DNA of 64,000 nucleotides from the NCBI GenBank assembly GCA_964016885.1, contig OZ024740.1:311798001-311862000 (forward strand). Reading direction: 5' to 3'. Below, piece by piece: positions 1 to 16,420 of the stretch. Positions within the stretch are counted from its first letter, which is position 1, and the number at the start of each line of letters is the position of its first letter. The notes below the pieces were generated by a model. The model was not told the DNA's origin and searched no databases. It was given only the letters and a program-made list of their open reading frames with translations. A program made the translations under genes and the position numbers. Source of the stretch: Eledone cirrhosa. Taxonomy: Eukaryota.

Positions 1-11
1 GCCACCCATCC

Positions 12-633
12 TTGTCAGTGAGGTCGAAAGAACTACGATCCCTATGCCTGCTGTCTCACGTGTACAAGCTGTTCACGAAGATAATCCTGAACAGGTTATC
101 ACGTCATCTGGACGAACAGCAACCGAGAGGGCAAGCCGGCTTCCGGAAGAACTACAGCACAATGGACCACATCTTTACTCTGACACAACTGCTTGAACGA
201 GCGAAAGAGTACAAGATGCCTCTTTGCGTCGCGTTCGTAGACTACGAGAAGACCTTCGACAGCGTCGAAATCAACGCAGAGGCAAGGAGTCGAGGCGCAA
301 TACGTTCAACTGCTCAAGGAGGCGAATTCCGGATGCAGAAGTCCGGCGTGAGGGACGTTATCACAGAATATATGCGCAGCAAGTTCAGATGGGCTGGACA
401 CGTCGCCCGGTTCACCGATAATCGGTGGACCCGCGCAGTTGCCGAGTGGTACCCGCGCGAGCGGAAACGACCACTCGGAAGGCATCCACGAAGGTGGAGT
501 TACGATTTTAGGAATATGATTGGGATTACATGGATGAGGAAAGCACGATCCAGAGAGGAATGGGCGGCGTGCTGTGACGAGCGGCGCCAAATGGACGCCC
601 GACAGACTGGTCGGTCAAGGTGATCAAGGTGAT
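12..633 (+). mobile_element. RTE-clade LINE fragment with a large internal deletion (RT N-part fused to C-terminus) and tandem 3' tail
   Basis: ORF 12-623 has QAGFRKNYSTMDHIFTLTQLLE..VAFVDYEKTFDSVE, then jumps to RWAGHVARFTDNRWT..W.PR..KRPLGR..RRW. It ends in a repeated TCAAGGTGA tail. Confidence 0.85.
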
Positions 634-723
634 TTATAAAATATAGATATTTTGAAATAATTATGAGAAAAAACAAACATATCTTCATATTTATTGTTTA
701 CTAATCTGAATAAGAACAGCAGT

Positions 724-1290
<567 letters not shown>

Positions 1291-1332
1291 TTCAAAATAT
1301 TTAAAAAATAGATATTCTTGTGATCAATTATG

Positions 1333-1395
1333 TTTTATTATACACATTTCAGAGGTACTGAGTCAAGTTTAACAGTACGTCCTCATCAGATAAAA
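1333..1395 (-). ncRNA. Hammerhead ribozyme, inverted copy in the PLE pseudo-LTR
   Basis: Reverse-complement counterpart of 3449-3519 with a shorter loop II. Confidence 0.7.
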
Positions 1396-1871
1396 TAAAA
1401 TCATACATGGCATACCCTGACATGGTAGATGGTTAAGATTCAATCAAGGTAGTGATTAACTTATGACAAAACTCAATATTTATACCCTAATATTGAGAAC
1501 ATGAGATAACGTAATACAAACAATAGAGAGGGCGCGTATAATAGATTTTAAGAAATACATGGCATCAATATAACAGTTATAACATTTTTAATTTTTAAAA
1601 ACTACTAGAGAAAGAGGAGGGAAAAGAAAGCATAGAGGAAGAAACAGCTGATGTGATAATATATTTAGTATGTGGCTTTAGGAGACAGATGAGAGATGAT
1701 TAAAGAGAGAGAGAGACAAAGGGGAGTAATTTATGTTCAAGTTTCTATACACACAGATTTCTATATAATATAGATGTTACCCTTAACTTAAACTCTGGTT
1801 TTTATTACCCTTTCCATAAGTCCAATGAAAACTTAAATTACGTTAGTTAATACTCTAATCACCCTAAATCA

Positions 1872-2831
1872 GTGATAAAAGCAATTGTAAATAGCGTACA
1901 AAAACGCATAAATAGAATATCTACCAATAAATCAATATTTGATGAAAATGCAGGATGTTACAATGATGCGGTAAAAAAGGCAGGTTATAAAAATAATATA
2001 GAATATATAGACAATAATAATCCGAGTTTTAATCCTGATAAAAATAATGGCATATATAAAAGAAATTCTATAAATTCTAATAATTGTAATTCAAACACCT
2101 GTACTGTGAATAAATCGGGGAAAAGAACCAGAACTAAATTAGTTATATGGTTTGCCACCCCACCCTCTTCTGTAGCAGTAAGAACACCAATAGCTAATCT
2201 ATTTTTTAAAGCTTTAGATAGTTCATTCCCTACTCAACATAAATACCACTCTATATTTAATAGACGCACAATTAAACTGTCTTATTCTACAACTATGAAT
2301 ATGGCCCAAAACATCGCTAAAATAAACAGTATAATTCTAAATCAAAATCAACATAATGATATTAATAATAGTGTTAATATAAATAATAATAAATCAAAAT
2401 GTAATTGTAGAAATAAACCGGATTGCCCTCTGCAAATAATTGTCTGGATAGAAATCTGGAGCACCGTAAAAACAAATAACAACACATACAACTACATAGG
2501 AGCAACTTCTTCAACATTTAAATCGAGATTTGCGAATCACAAATGCTCATTCCCGAATTTTAATAGGAAGTCTTCGACTTCTTTATCACAGCTTATATGG
2601 TCATTAAAAGACAAAAATTTAAAATACTCGATATTTTTGACGAAGCTTTGTTATAGTGGAATTTATACCAACTCTTCAATATCAATTAACTGCAACCTCT
2701 GTACAAAGGAGACCCTATTAATAATTAATAATTATGAAAACTTAATTAACAAAAAAAAAGTGAATTATTCTCAAACTGCCTTCATAAAGCTTTGTCTACA
2801 TTCCAAGCCTCGCAAAAAAGTCCGGAAATAA
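1872..2831 (+). pseudogene. PLE RT thumb, CNCR..CPL linker and GIY-YIG endonuclease
   Basis: SIFNRRTIKLSYS, KCNCRNKPDCPL, YIGATSSTFKSRFANH, CNLCTKE. Confidence 0.85.
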
Positions 2832-3448
2832 CAGTAAGCAATCAAGCCTGATTTTTGACGTCTATTATCAACTGTTGAACATATAAGTCATAACGGTTTA
2901 TAAAACTTTAATAATGCTTTATCTTCTAATCATTTATAATAGAATTAATGTTTGAATGAAGGACACTTGTTTGATAACTTGTTTACTTGATAGATATACA
3001 TACCCTATGATTTTTTGAATATTTATAACTTTGATTCAGATCTTTATTTATCTGTCTCTGTTTTAAATATATAGTTTGGATATTTAACTTGTAAGTTTAG
3101 TGATTATAATTTGAACTGTGGATCATTCATGCGTTTGCATATTTTATATATATATATATATTTTACTCATTTTGAGTATGTTTTGGGGGACTCAGAAAGT
3201 TGGATTTGCACTGGGGTTTTTTATGTATAAATTTAGCAAACCATAATAGCTGACAAATATTGGTCTATCTCTCCACTGAACTGGAGGTAAAACTACAATT
3301 ATAGCATTACTAACAATCTATTGTTTGTATTACGTTATCTCATGTTCTCAATATTAGGGTATAAATATTGAGTTTTGTCATAAGTTAATCATTACCTTGA
3401 TTGAATCTTAACCATCTACCATGTCAGGGTATATCATGTATCATTTTA

Positions 3449-3519
3449 TTTTATCTGATGAGGACGTACTGTTGAACTCAACTCGGTACCTCAGTACCTC
3501 TGAAATATGTATAATAAAA
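3449..3519 (+). ncRNA. Minimal type I hammerhead ribozyme in PLE pseudo-LTR
   Basis: TTTTAT-CTGATGA-GGACGTACT...AGTACCTCT-GAAA-TATGTA-TA^ATAAAA. Confidence 0.75.
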
Positions 3520-3657
3520 TATAATTGATCACAAGAATATCTATTTTGTTAATATTTTGAATTAATATTAATAACTCTGGAAAACATAACTGTTGAGTGC
3601 TTCCAATCTATTGTAAAACTCATTCTTTGATGTATTCATTGAACCTTGTTTAACTCT

Positions 3658-4957
<1,300 letters not shown>

Positions 4958-5093
4958 CACTCCGGAATACTGAAGGATCAGGAACTAAGTTTCTTGAACA
5001 ATTCTTCCATAACTCGTAGAGTAACCTCTTACCGTACGTCAACCATATCCAGTGTAGTAATTAACCATTACTACATCTTGGATAATCCTATAC

Positions 5094-5123
<30 letters not shown>

Positions 5124-5132
<9 letters not shown>

Positions 5133-5805
5133 GACGTAAAATAAGAAAATTATAAAAATTAACTTACTTACTAAAATCCCTTTGCATTGAACCACAAAGT
5201 TATTAAGACAAAACCTATATATTTGCTAGCATAGGTATGCATCTGTATATATATGTTGGTAGATATACTAATTCTTTATAATTATCTCCAAATTATTTTG
5301 TTGAGCAAAAATTTGCCAAAACTGCTACTATAGTTCATAGTAATAGTTCGGCTACTGTCTTCTTAACACCCCACTCCTCACTGATTAACCTCGATGTCAC
5401 GTGATTGATTCTTTTGAATTTGCCACCGACCAAGTAGGCAGTGATTTTTTTCAATGTCTTGGAATTTAGTCCTCGCTTGCTTTTTTTCCATCCACTGAAT
5501 TATTTTTGTATAAGTTCCCTGTGTCCACGCATCGCCTGGGAACTTAGCTGAGAATTGACTTCCTCATGACGAAAGGCATTCTCCATGTGTTCTATTCGGA
5601 AACCATGTTTATTCCCTTTCAGAAACTAATTAGTTGGAGTGAAATTTTAGTAAGTAAGTTAATTTTTATAATTTTCTTATTTTACGTCTTTCATATAATT
5701 GTTCTGCATCCCCTTGCATTGAACCACAAAGTTACTAAGACAAAACCTACATATTTGCTAGCATAGGTATGCATCTGTATATATATGTTGGTAGATATAC
5801 TAATT

Positions 5806-5812
<7 letters not shown>
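5124..5812 (+). mobile_element. Non-coding PLE-type/retrozyme-like element: 5' inversion plus partial tandem, unit ~531 bp
   Basis: 5177-5280 is repeated at 5708-5811, and 5124-5177 is the reverse complement of 5644-5697. It has (TA)n on both sides and contains an HHR-like motif. Confidence 0.7.
5558..5640 (+). ncRNA. Hammerhead ribozyme with core mutation (CTCATGA)
   Basis: ACTTC-CTCATGA-CGAAAGG...CCTTTCA-GAAA-CTAATTAG-TT^GGAGT, with palindromic stem III. Confidence 0.6.
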
Positions 5813-5863
<51 letters not shown>

Positions 5864-6499
5864 GAGATATTTTCACTAGCTGACAGTATTTCTTTCAACC
5901 ATACCAGAAACCAATTATCAACAAAAATCAGGTTTTATAAAGTTTTATAATTAGCATTATTGATTTCTCTTGTTGACAAAATTTACACGAATTTTTCTCT
6001 TCATTTCTTTTCATTTCTTTTAATTGATCTTAATGATACAGTTCAAACTGAACTAAAGTGCATCTTCTGTAATTGTAATTATTTCCCTGTAAAATTCCAA
6101 ACATTTCTGTTTTGGTGTGATACAGCAATCGTTAGTCTTTCTCTGTGTTTCAATGAGGAGAGACGGTAGTTTGCTTGATATACTATCAAAACAGTTGGAT
6201 TATCCAAAAAGCAATGCAATAATATATTGCCTTCGAAATGTTATGCCAGTTGCAACAAAAACTGCTAGCGGATTATCTCTTCGTGAGATATGGCGACTGA
6301 TTCTAAATTTAACACACAATGCACACACATACGCACACACGCATTCCCCCCCCCCCCCACATATATATATATATATATATATGTATTGGAAATCCAAACA
6401 TTCGCTAAAATGGTTCATTAGAATTGATGTATCTACCTTGTTGATACATACTGACCTCTTCTTGCATATCCTGTCTTTGTAGAGTAAATATTGCAGCAT

Positions 6500-8800
6500 C
6501 TGATCCTTTGATTGCATATTTGCAGACATATTTTATGGATTTCACTGAGTTGCAAAATTTGAAATTAAATGTTTAGAGTAACAAAGGACAATATGGAATA
6601 ATCCCCTATTATAAATTTCAAATTGTCCAACTTTTGCTTAGAAACCTCCATCTCCAGGCTTCTTCTTCCGTAGGATGGATATCCATCATTTCCAAGTTGA
6701 GTGTCTTTCAAAAAGACTCTTCGATATTTCATTGTGCATCTGCTGTCTTGAATACTTGGTGAATTCTTGCTGAGAGCTCCACGTTGGCCATGTACCATTT
6801 GAACCTTTACTATTTCATACAATGCTCTGTCTTTTGATGGTTCAGGCAGCTCTGCAGATATTATTTTGTCAATTTGTTTAGAGTGAATTTTTTCATGCAA
6901 CCAAATAAGAATGTGTTGATGAGGTAATCTATGTTTCTACCATTCGATAGTGTACATATGGCATCTGACTGGTCCAAAAATATTTGCCTTTTGTGATGAC
7001 ATCCATAATTTTGACCACTTTTTGTCTGAAGGTCCTAGCAGTGAGTTCGTGTCTATTTACACGTGTTTGACCTGGAAGCAATTCATTTTGGATGCCTTTC
7101 CACTTTGGATTACATGTAAAAGTTATGAATAGGTCTAGTCTACCAAAGTTCCTAATATGTGTCATGGCATCCTGTGTTTTTTAATGCATATATCTTGGGT
7201 TACCAGTAAAACTGGAAGGAAGGATACATAACTTCTCAATCTCTTCAACTGCAACTTCATTATCGATGCCATCACATATACGATTATATGACTCAGTTTG
7301 TAATTCGTTCTGGTGGGATCTTATGAATGGTAATCTTTCTGCCCCCAACTTTTGCATACATGTCCACAGCAAATTGATGGAACAAATTTTGCATTCGGTG
7401 GAGTAAATTGAAATTGTCTTGATAAACCATAAAATGAGACTATCTTCCTGGTATTATCATTTTCATCTTTCTGATTTTAAAATGATACCCATCTTCTCCA
7501 TTAACATAAATTAAAGGATATTGGAGAGCATCATAAAAGCGACATGTTTAATTTATTCTCTGCAATTAATTATCTCTGCACTGTTGGATTATATCACGTT
7601 TACAATGCGCTTCTCCAAATATTACAATAGCAACTTCATTACATTCAGGTGCATTATAGCGGCGTGAATGCTCTCCTGGTGGTCTCTTGTTAGCATTTAT
7701 CACTACTTTGAGTTCTTTTTCTAAGGCATAATTGAAACTTCTAATATAGCTGTTTCTTTTATGTAACATCTTGTAATTGCAATATGATTTCATTTTTTTG
7801 GTTTCTTTATTCCTTTCATAACTTATCTATACCTGGTTTTTCATATCATTGATGAAATACATTTGTAAATATTTTGGTACTTTTTCTGAACATGGCTGAA
7901 GCGGTCCATTTCTATGATACACTTGCTCTTGGATCTTCAAAGTAGGCATAAAGCCACCTTCATGGATGACAGCACAAATTGGTGTCATTAGGAATGCATT
8001 TTTGTACATCTGGATATTTTGAAGAAAGTGTCTTGAGTCAGTAGTTGTACCAATCAGCAGTCCCCTCAAGGGCTCTGGTGGTTCAGGTAATGGTTTTAAC
8101 TTAATCTTTCCATTTGAACAGCATTATCCAGTTGACCACCATTCCATTTTTAGCACCACAGTTTGGACAAATCATGTTCATTGAAAAATTTTGAATTAAA
8201 GTTTCTGAGGCATAGTCGTGATGTAGACTAAAAGCAGCAACGTTCCACCCGGAAACCTTTTTAAATCGTAAAAGTTCTTGCTCTCTGTTCACAAAGCCTT
8301 TGAGTTGTTTGAGCTTTAGTTTCTTCATGATTCCTTTGAGCTGCTCTATTTCTTTCCATTTGCTGTCTTGATGATTTTTGTACATCTGATTCCTCATGAT
8401 AAATAAATGCTCTACTTGTCCTATCATCAGCAAGCCTTTTTGGTATTTGTTCCTCTCATTCATCCTGTCTATTCCTTGTCCTATATTTCGCTGTTGTTTT
8501 TCTTTGGTTTTTTTTTTGGAGTCCTTCTTGTCGTTGCTCTTCACTTTTATTCTCCCTTTGTAGCTGCTTTGCTGTAGCTTTATGAGACTATTTTTCCAAA
8601 TGAAGGTCTATTCTTTGGGGGCATTTTTTACTTGCAACTTCCAAATTCAATATTTTTTTATGTAAAAATTTAAAAATTGTTTGCTAATGGTGGATCTAAG
8701 TCGAATCAAATTTTGATAAATAAGGACTAACTTATGTGACAACAAGAAATCCGTGGCGTGATTTGCGCAGGGTAGTGTGAGGGATAAAATATAAAAGAAA
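6500..8800 (-). mobile_element. Degenerate Helitron (RepHel N-terminus and Rep domain, helicase absent)
   Basis: Successive minus ORFs: MNMICPNCGAK, EGGFMPTLKIQEQVYH, KRPPGEHSRRYNAP..EVA, ILPSSFTGNPRYMH, DLFITFTCNPKW, IDKIISAELP, MVHG. Confidence 0.9.
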
Positions 8801-8817
8801 AAATATGTACATATAAG

Positions 8818-9050
8818 AATACCCATACGAGTCTCTCTTCTCCAGGATACCACCGTTGTCCAAGGGAAAGCCAAAAGTCGATATATCTTTGCACCAGTGT
8901 CGTCGCAATACATTTTCCCCAACAGAGTGTACAGGGACGCCATGATATAAAATATCATACGTAAGAACACAACGCGCCGCCATGTGAGGGAATCGAAATA
9001 ACGACCTTATGATCATGAACCCAGCACACTAATCACTAGACAACACTTCG
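8818..9050 (-). mobile_element. tRNA-derived SINE, family B (same family as 14126-14243)
   Basis: Minus strand has degenerate A/B boxes followed by GCGTTGTGTTCTT, matching the 14126 copy. Confidence 0.55.
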
Positions 9051-9065
9051 TATAGAAACATTCAG

Positions 9066-9096
<31 letters not shown>

Positions 9097-9329
9097 TATA
9101 TATTTACATATATATATATACGCACAAACACATATATATATATGTATGTATTCACACACACATACACACACACACCCACACACACATATATATATATACG
9201 TGTCTGTGTGTGTGTGTGTGCGTGTGTGTGTATGTGTGCGTGTGTGTGCTCATATCTTTTAATAACAATTATTTTCAGAAATTATTTCTTCCACAGACTT
9301 GGTGCAGGTGGGATTTACTGTTTATGAGA

Positions 9330-9775
9330 TATGTTTAACAACTTTATAAAACACATATAAACCACATTTTTTACATAGGGAAAAAAACGGATTTAGATAT
9401 AACTTCGTATGAAAGACATTTAATTCTTTTTTAACATACCACCAATTCACGCCCAATCATACACTTCTATCTACAGGCAAACACTCAATTAAAAATTATT
9501 GAAGTGATTTACTGTTACTACGTTGAAAGACACAAGCTTTCCCGCCATTGTTACATCCGTGCTATCCTCAAAAGGCGATATTTATATATATCTAACTTAT
9601 TATGGAACTTAAAATCCAAGAATATTAACTATTCTTTATTTTGGAAAAGTATCCCCAAAGCTCCTTCATACACTGCTCTATCCAAAAATTGCTCACTTTG
9701 CGTTGAAGAAATATTCTTTATACTAAAAAGTAAGAACTCTATTAATTTGCGAAATAATTTATTTAGTTCTTAATA
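9330..9775 (+). mobile_element. Degenerate PLE GIY-YIG fragment
   Basis: LWNLKSKNINYSLFWK..KAPSY....KNCSLCVEEIFFIL. Confidence 0.7.
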
Positions 9776-9898
9776 TATATATATACATATATATATTAAA
9801 TTAAATTAAAAGTAGGATGACATATGTATATAAAATAAACACATCAAACAATTACAGGGGATAATTTGTGAAGAGTGTAAACACACATAGTTACGGAG

Positions 9899-10072
<174 letters not shown>

Positions 10073-13000
10073 AATTACAGAATAATCCAAACTATGTTCA
10101 AACCATTTTATTGCTGACAATCGTTTCTTCCAAACATTCGTTTAGAATCATCGGACCATTGGCAAAGTTTAAACATATAATTAACCTCCATCTAAAGATA
10201 TATATGAAAAATTATTGATTAATAGTGTCAACTCATTTATCAATAGAGTGAGATGGAGGACATTCCATTACGATAGAAACCGAACTGATAAAAACAATTT
10301 CGGCTCATGTGGCTTTAAAACTTTTAAAATCCCACCTCGCAACACTCTATTAAACTCTTTCGAGAATGATTTAATAAAACTAGTTAAGAACATTAGGTAC
10401 AGAAAACATTTTAATAGAAACAACACCTTCTTAAATAACCTTAATTCCACTATTAAAAGATTTAATAAAAATAAGAAAATTCTAGTACATGCTGATAAAA
10501 CTAATAATATATATAGCCTAGATTACTAAGCTTATAGAAAATTTATATATAAATAACTCCATAGGAGCTATAAGAAAACCACTATTAGAAACCTAGACGA
10601 TATAAATATTGAAGGCCATAGTATAGTATGTAAATTAGGACTTCAGAGACATACACAACCTTACACCCCTAACCCCCAAGATTCTCTTTGAAGGACCATA
10701 AGGAAGACTTTAATAGTAACCGATCTATAAGACTAATTTGCCCTTCCAAATCTGACATTGGAATTATCAGCAAAAAAATATTAGACAGCATCATCTTCCA
10801 ATTTAAGCATAAAATATATCTTGACCTATGGGGAAATACTGGTGAAGTTATTGAATGATTCAATAGTATTAATGAGAATAAAATAAAAAATGTATACAAT
10901 TTGATATTAATTCGTACTACACCTCTATTTCTCCTGTCCTATTAAACAAGGCATTAATAATGGCTATGAATAATAGTGACCTTACTAGATCCCAAATTGA
11001 TGTGCGACCCGTAAAACCATAATTGTATTTGAAGATCAATTATGCCTACAAGGATACACCTAACAACTTTGACATAACTCTGGGATCTAGTGACTAGGCG
11101 CAGGTCACAGATTTGGTGAGTCTATATCTCTTAAATGAAATTCATAAGAATTTACCCTACCTCAATGGTGGTTTATACCGCGACGATACACTACTACTTA
11201 TTGATTATAAAAAAATTAATAAGAAAGCTCTAGAAAACAATTGCATAAAATATTTAAAAACTTCAACTTAAGTATTACGTTAGATAGAAACACTAAAAAC
11301 GTTAACTTTCTTGATGCTACCCTTTGCCTGGACTCTAAAATAAACCAAACGAAAAACTACTTTATGTAGATACCAACTCTAAATCTATATTAAACTCGAT
11401 TACTAAAGGAATATCTAATAGAATTTCCACTCTATCTTATAATGAAACTATATTTAACAGAAATTCCCAATACTATAATGAAGCTTTAGCTCGCTCAGGC
11501 CATAAAAATAAAATTTACGTAAAAAATCACCTAGTTATAACATTATTTCACACAATATGGCCAGGAATAAAATTAAAAGTAATAAAAATACTGGCCATTC
11601 TAACTCTAGTATGAAGGTTAATAACAAAGTTAACTCGCACCAAAATAAACATCCTAATAATAATAATATAAACAGAAATATAAACAATACTACAACTAAC
11701 ATTGCAAAAAATAATCACAAAAATAGAAGAACTAATACATTTTTCAATCCCCTTTTCAATTTTAACGTTTCCAGCAACTTGCCTAATGCTTTCTTCTCAA
11801 TCTTAGAAAATAACTTCCCAGTCGGTCATAGATACCATAATCTTATCAATAAAAATACCATTAAAATCTCTTACTCTACCACACCTAACATCGCGAACCA
11901 TATAGCTAGTAGTAATAAAGGGAAGATTAATAATTATTTCCAATTAAATAAATCACAACACGGGGTGAACTCTCATAACATAATACCGGAGAATTATAGT
12001 AGCAGTAATAATAATAGTAATAGCACTAATGAAATTAATAGCAATGGGAATTATAATCAACATTATCCTAATGCTCTCCCTAACAACCATGCATCTACAC
12101 ACCCTATTAGCCAGCAAGTAAACAACCAAAATAACTGTAATTGTAGAACAAATAGAACTTGCCCCTTAAGAAAAAACTGCTTAATCAAAGACATCATTTA
12201 CTCCAGGACAGCCAATACAAATAATACTTCGAAAACATATATCGGTTCTACTTCGAACTGCTTCAAGACGAGATATAACTCGCATCTTCACACTTTCAAA
12301 AATCGTAATCTAGCTGAGTCCACTTCTTTATCTACCTACATACACTCTCCGAAAACTAGGAATAGACTATATACACTACAATGGGAGGTAATAGATAGGG
12401 CTACCTCGTATAAACCACCGAATAGATTTTGTAACATCTGTCTTCTAGAGACTCGCACTATAATCTATTCTAAACTAAACCTTTTAAATAGAAAATCAGA
12501 AATTTTTTTCCACGTGCCAACACTACCACCGACACTGTTTCCACAATTTCAAACCTAGCTGCTAAAATATAGCAATGTTAGATCTGGATTCCTCACCACC
12601 GTTATCACTTTACCGCTAGGCTTTATCAGCATATAATACCCCCACAACATCACAATTTTATATCAGCTCATTCACTTATCTCCTGTTTATCTCAGATCCT
12701 ATACTCAATAATAACTATAGAGAATAAACATAAATTTACCACCACTTATTATAAATACAATATCTTCCTTACTAATATTTCATTCATTTAATTAATATAT
12801 AGGTAGGTAGTAGTAAATTGGGACCTTTAACATATTTTATAATAAACAGATTGTATATAAATTTAAATAATTAAATATAAAAATAAATAACATTGTATAA
12901 GGATTCACTTATAATATAATATATTGTATATTAACACAAAGAATTTAGTTAATTGGAGTTATAAACAACTAACACCAGATTATATATTTTTCTATTATAC

Positions 13001-13367
13001 ACAAATTAATCTTCAATTACCTCCCCTTTCCCATTAGCTACCTTTAGTGAAGATCTCTAATCACTTTCTGAAATTAAACCGTTAGAGAAGATCACTCCAG
13101 AACAACCCTAACCCTTAATAAGACTATAATAAGGACAATATACAATCCATAGTTGTATCTACTGATAAACTGATAAATGTAATGGAAAGAAAAACCTTAA
13201 TATTAATACTCACAACACATATACATTTGAACATTACCAGAACAATTATCACATTAGATCCACCATAAACTCACATAGAATCTGCTTTTCCTACCCATGC
13301 ATTCCTCACTGCTTAATATACTATTACACCTATATTATGTGATATCTTTGCCAATATTCTGTTATAC

Positions 13368-14115
<748 letters not shown>

Positions 14116-14125
14116 ATATATATGA

Positions 14126-14243
14126 AGGCGTCTGGCTGAGTGGTTAGAGAATTTGATTCGCAATCGTAAGGTTGTGAGTTCGATTCCCGGACCAGGCGAT
14201 GCGTTATGTTCTTGAGCAAGACACTTTATTTCACGTTGCTCCT
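14126..14243 (+). mobile_element. tRNA-derived SINE head, family B
   Basis: A box TGGCTGAGTGG, B box AGTTCGATTCCC, then GTTCTTGAGCAAGACACTT. Confidence 0.75.
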
Positions 14244-14357
14244 TCTACCTGGAGTTGCGACCGATAGATAGTATTAGCAATTGGAAAGAAGAACGGAAAC
14301 ATTGTTCCCTCGGTCCGATTTGACGAAAGTCGATCGTTCCTTATATATATATATATA

Positions 14358-14401
<44 letters not shown>

Positions 14402-14406
<5 letters not shown>

Positions 14407-14670
14407 TCACCTCAATTGGCCCTGCACTATTTAACATTACACCAAAACACATCAAAACAGAGACAGACCCCATCAAGTTCAAGAAGCCTTTGGATAAATT
14501 CCTTCAAGAAATCCCGGATAAGCCTCCTACACCCGGATATGCCTCCGTAAACAATAACTCTCTGCTCGAGTAGGCCATGGTGCCCAAACACTGATTTGTA
14601 AGACTTCGCCAGGTGGTGCTATTAAGTTAGACATGGCCTGGGCCAATACTGGCCGAAACCTATCAAAGTT
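14402..14670 (+). mobile_element. CR1-group LINE 3' end
   Basis: Translates to GPALFN..PKHIK....KFKKPLDKFLQEIPDKP..PGY..NSLLE, followed by a short UTR; flanked by (TA)n. Confidence 0.7.
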
Positions 14671-14738
14671 ATATATATATATATATATATATTTCTATTT
14701 ATAATTATATATAGTGTATATATAAGTATAAATAAATA

Positions 14739-14821
<83 letters not shown>

Positions 14822-15114
14822 CACACAGTTCAAGAGTAACCAATTTTAAAGAGAGAGAGATGGAGATAGGAGAGGAGAGATTGGTGAATTAGTTAGAAGC
14901 CAAAGCGTAAAAGCATGTGCTCAATGTGCAATATGCAGTGGAAAGAAGCTAGGTGGCTGGGTTCATGCAGAAGTTAGGCGCACCGAGTTGGAAATATTCA
15001 TTAGTTAAGCAAAACAAGACCATAAATTTCACAAGGAAGACATTATTAAAAGATTGTCAACATATTTTAGTTTGATGTAAGGAATGTAGAGAATAATAAT
15101 AATAATATTAATAA

Positions 15115-15306
15115 TAATTGTTTCTACTTTTGGCACCAGGCCAGCAATTATCCTAGTGCATTACTGGTACTTTATTTTATCGACCCCGTAAGGATGAAAG
15201 GCAAAGTTAACCTCGGCGGGATTTTAACTCAGATCATAAAGGGCGGTAACTCTATGCTTCAAAGCATGGCGTTCGACCCTCTACCGATACTGCCAATCCA
15301 CCGCCC
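15115..15306 (-). mobile_element. tRNA-derived SINE, family A ((AAT)n-tailed; many copies in window)
   Basis: Family consensus GGCGGTGGATTGGCAGTATCGGTAGAG..GAGTTCAAATCCCGCCGAGG..GCCTTTCATCCTTACGGGGTCGATAAAATAAAGTACCAG..GAAAC(AAT)n. Confidence 0.9.
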
Positions 15307-15605
15307 TGAATAATAATAATGTCCGTTTACAATTGTTTCGCTACTCCATATAATATTTCTGGATCAAATGACTATATATCATTATTGATCTGGTTCAGTT
15401 GAAAATAATTAACATAGTTAAAGATAGAGCGGCTCATCGGAACTTCAAAGGAATATAAATTAAAATAAGGAAAGAATGTTACATAAATGTAATGTTCCAT
15501 ATATTCGTATGTCACTATGGTGTCCTGGGTGTATCAATTGTCTGCCATAATCAAGCAGTATTCTTCTGTTGAGGCTGCATTGTGTGAGATCTGCCTATGG
15601 GTAAC

Positions 15606-15738
15606 AAGATGGCCGCCAATGGACATATTTACCTTACTAATTAGAGGGTGGTTTCAGGGGAAGTAACTCCTCGAGAGTTACTTCCCCTGAAACCACCCTC
15701 TAATTAGTAAGGTAAATATGTCCATTGGCGGCCATCTT
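15606..15738. repeat. Perfect 64-bp-arm hairpin with 5-nt loop
   Basis: 15606-15669 is the reverse complement of 15675-15738; loop CTCGA. Confidence 0.95.
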
Positions 15739-15750
15739 ATATATATATAT

Positions 15751-16360
15751 GGGTTACATATGATAAAAATAGTCCTTCGTCAGTGATTTGCAAACTATCA
15801 TTGATATTCCATCGCATTAAAAATCATATACCTCAGGTTGGTGCGAACAATAGCTAAATAAAGCTATTAGGACAAGTAAATCGCGTAAAGTAAACAACAT
15901 AGAAGGATGAAATCAACGCAAAGATGGGAATAAACAAGCAACATGGTTATCCGCTCAGCATAATCTGGGTGGATTTCATGAGCGATCGAGATACAGACCG
16001 TCCGACGTGAGTGAGATGTGAGCAAGAAGAGAACCCACTACTAGCCAAACGGGAGGAAGTGAGAAGGGGAGAAACAGAGAGTGAGTTGAGTGGAAGTGTG
16101 AGGAAGAGGTCAGTCGAGAGAAAGTGTAACTGACAGAGGGTGCGAAAGAAGGTGAGAGCAACAGAGAGAACGGGGAAGCAGTAAGAGAGAAACAGACAAA
16201 CGCAGCCGAGGTAAATATATATAAAAAAAACATGAGAAGAAAGAAGAATACTGCGTGGTTGCACATGGGTTACATATGATAAAAATAGTCCTTCGTCAGT
16301 GATTTGCCAACCATCATTGATATTTCATCGCATTAAAAATCATATACCTCAGGTTGGTGC

Positions 16361-16363
<3 letters not shown>
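15751..16363 (-). mobile_element. Non-coding partial-tandem element in (TA)n, unit 516 bp
   Basis: 15751-15847 is repeated at 16267-16363. The minus strand is pyrimidine-rich and has CTGACGA in each repeat, but no complete HHR. Confidence 0.55.

Positions 16364-16420
<57 letters not shown>

Noticed and set aside
14126-14200. tRNA gene
   Set aside because: A/B boxes are present, but it continues into a SINE body and I cannot build a full cloverleaf.
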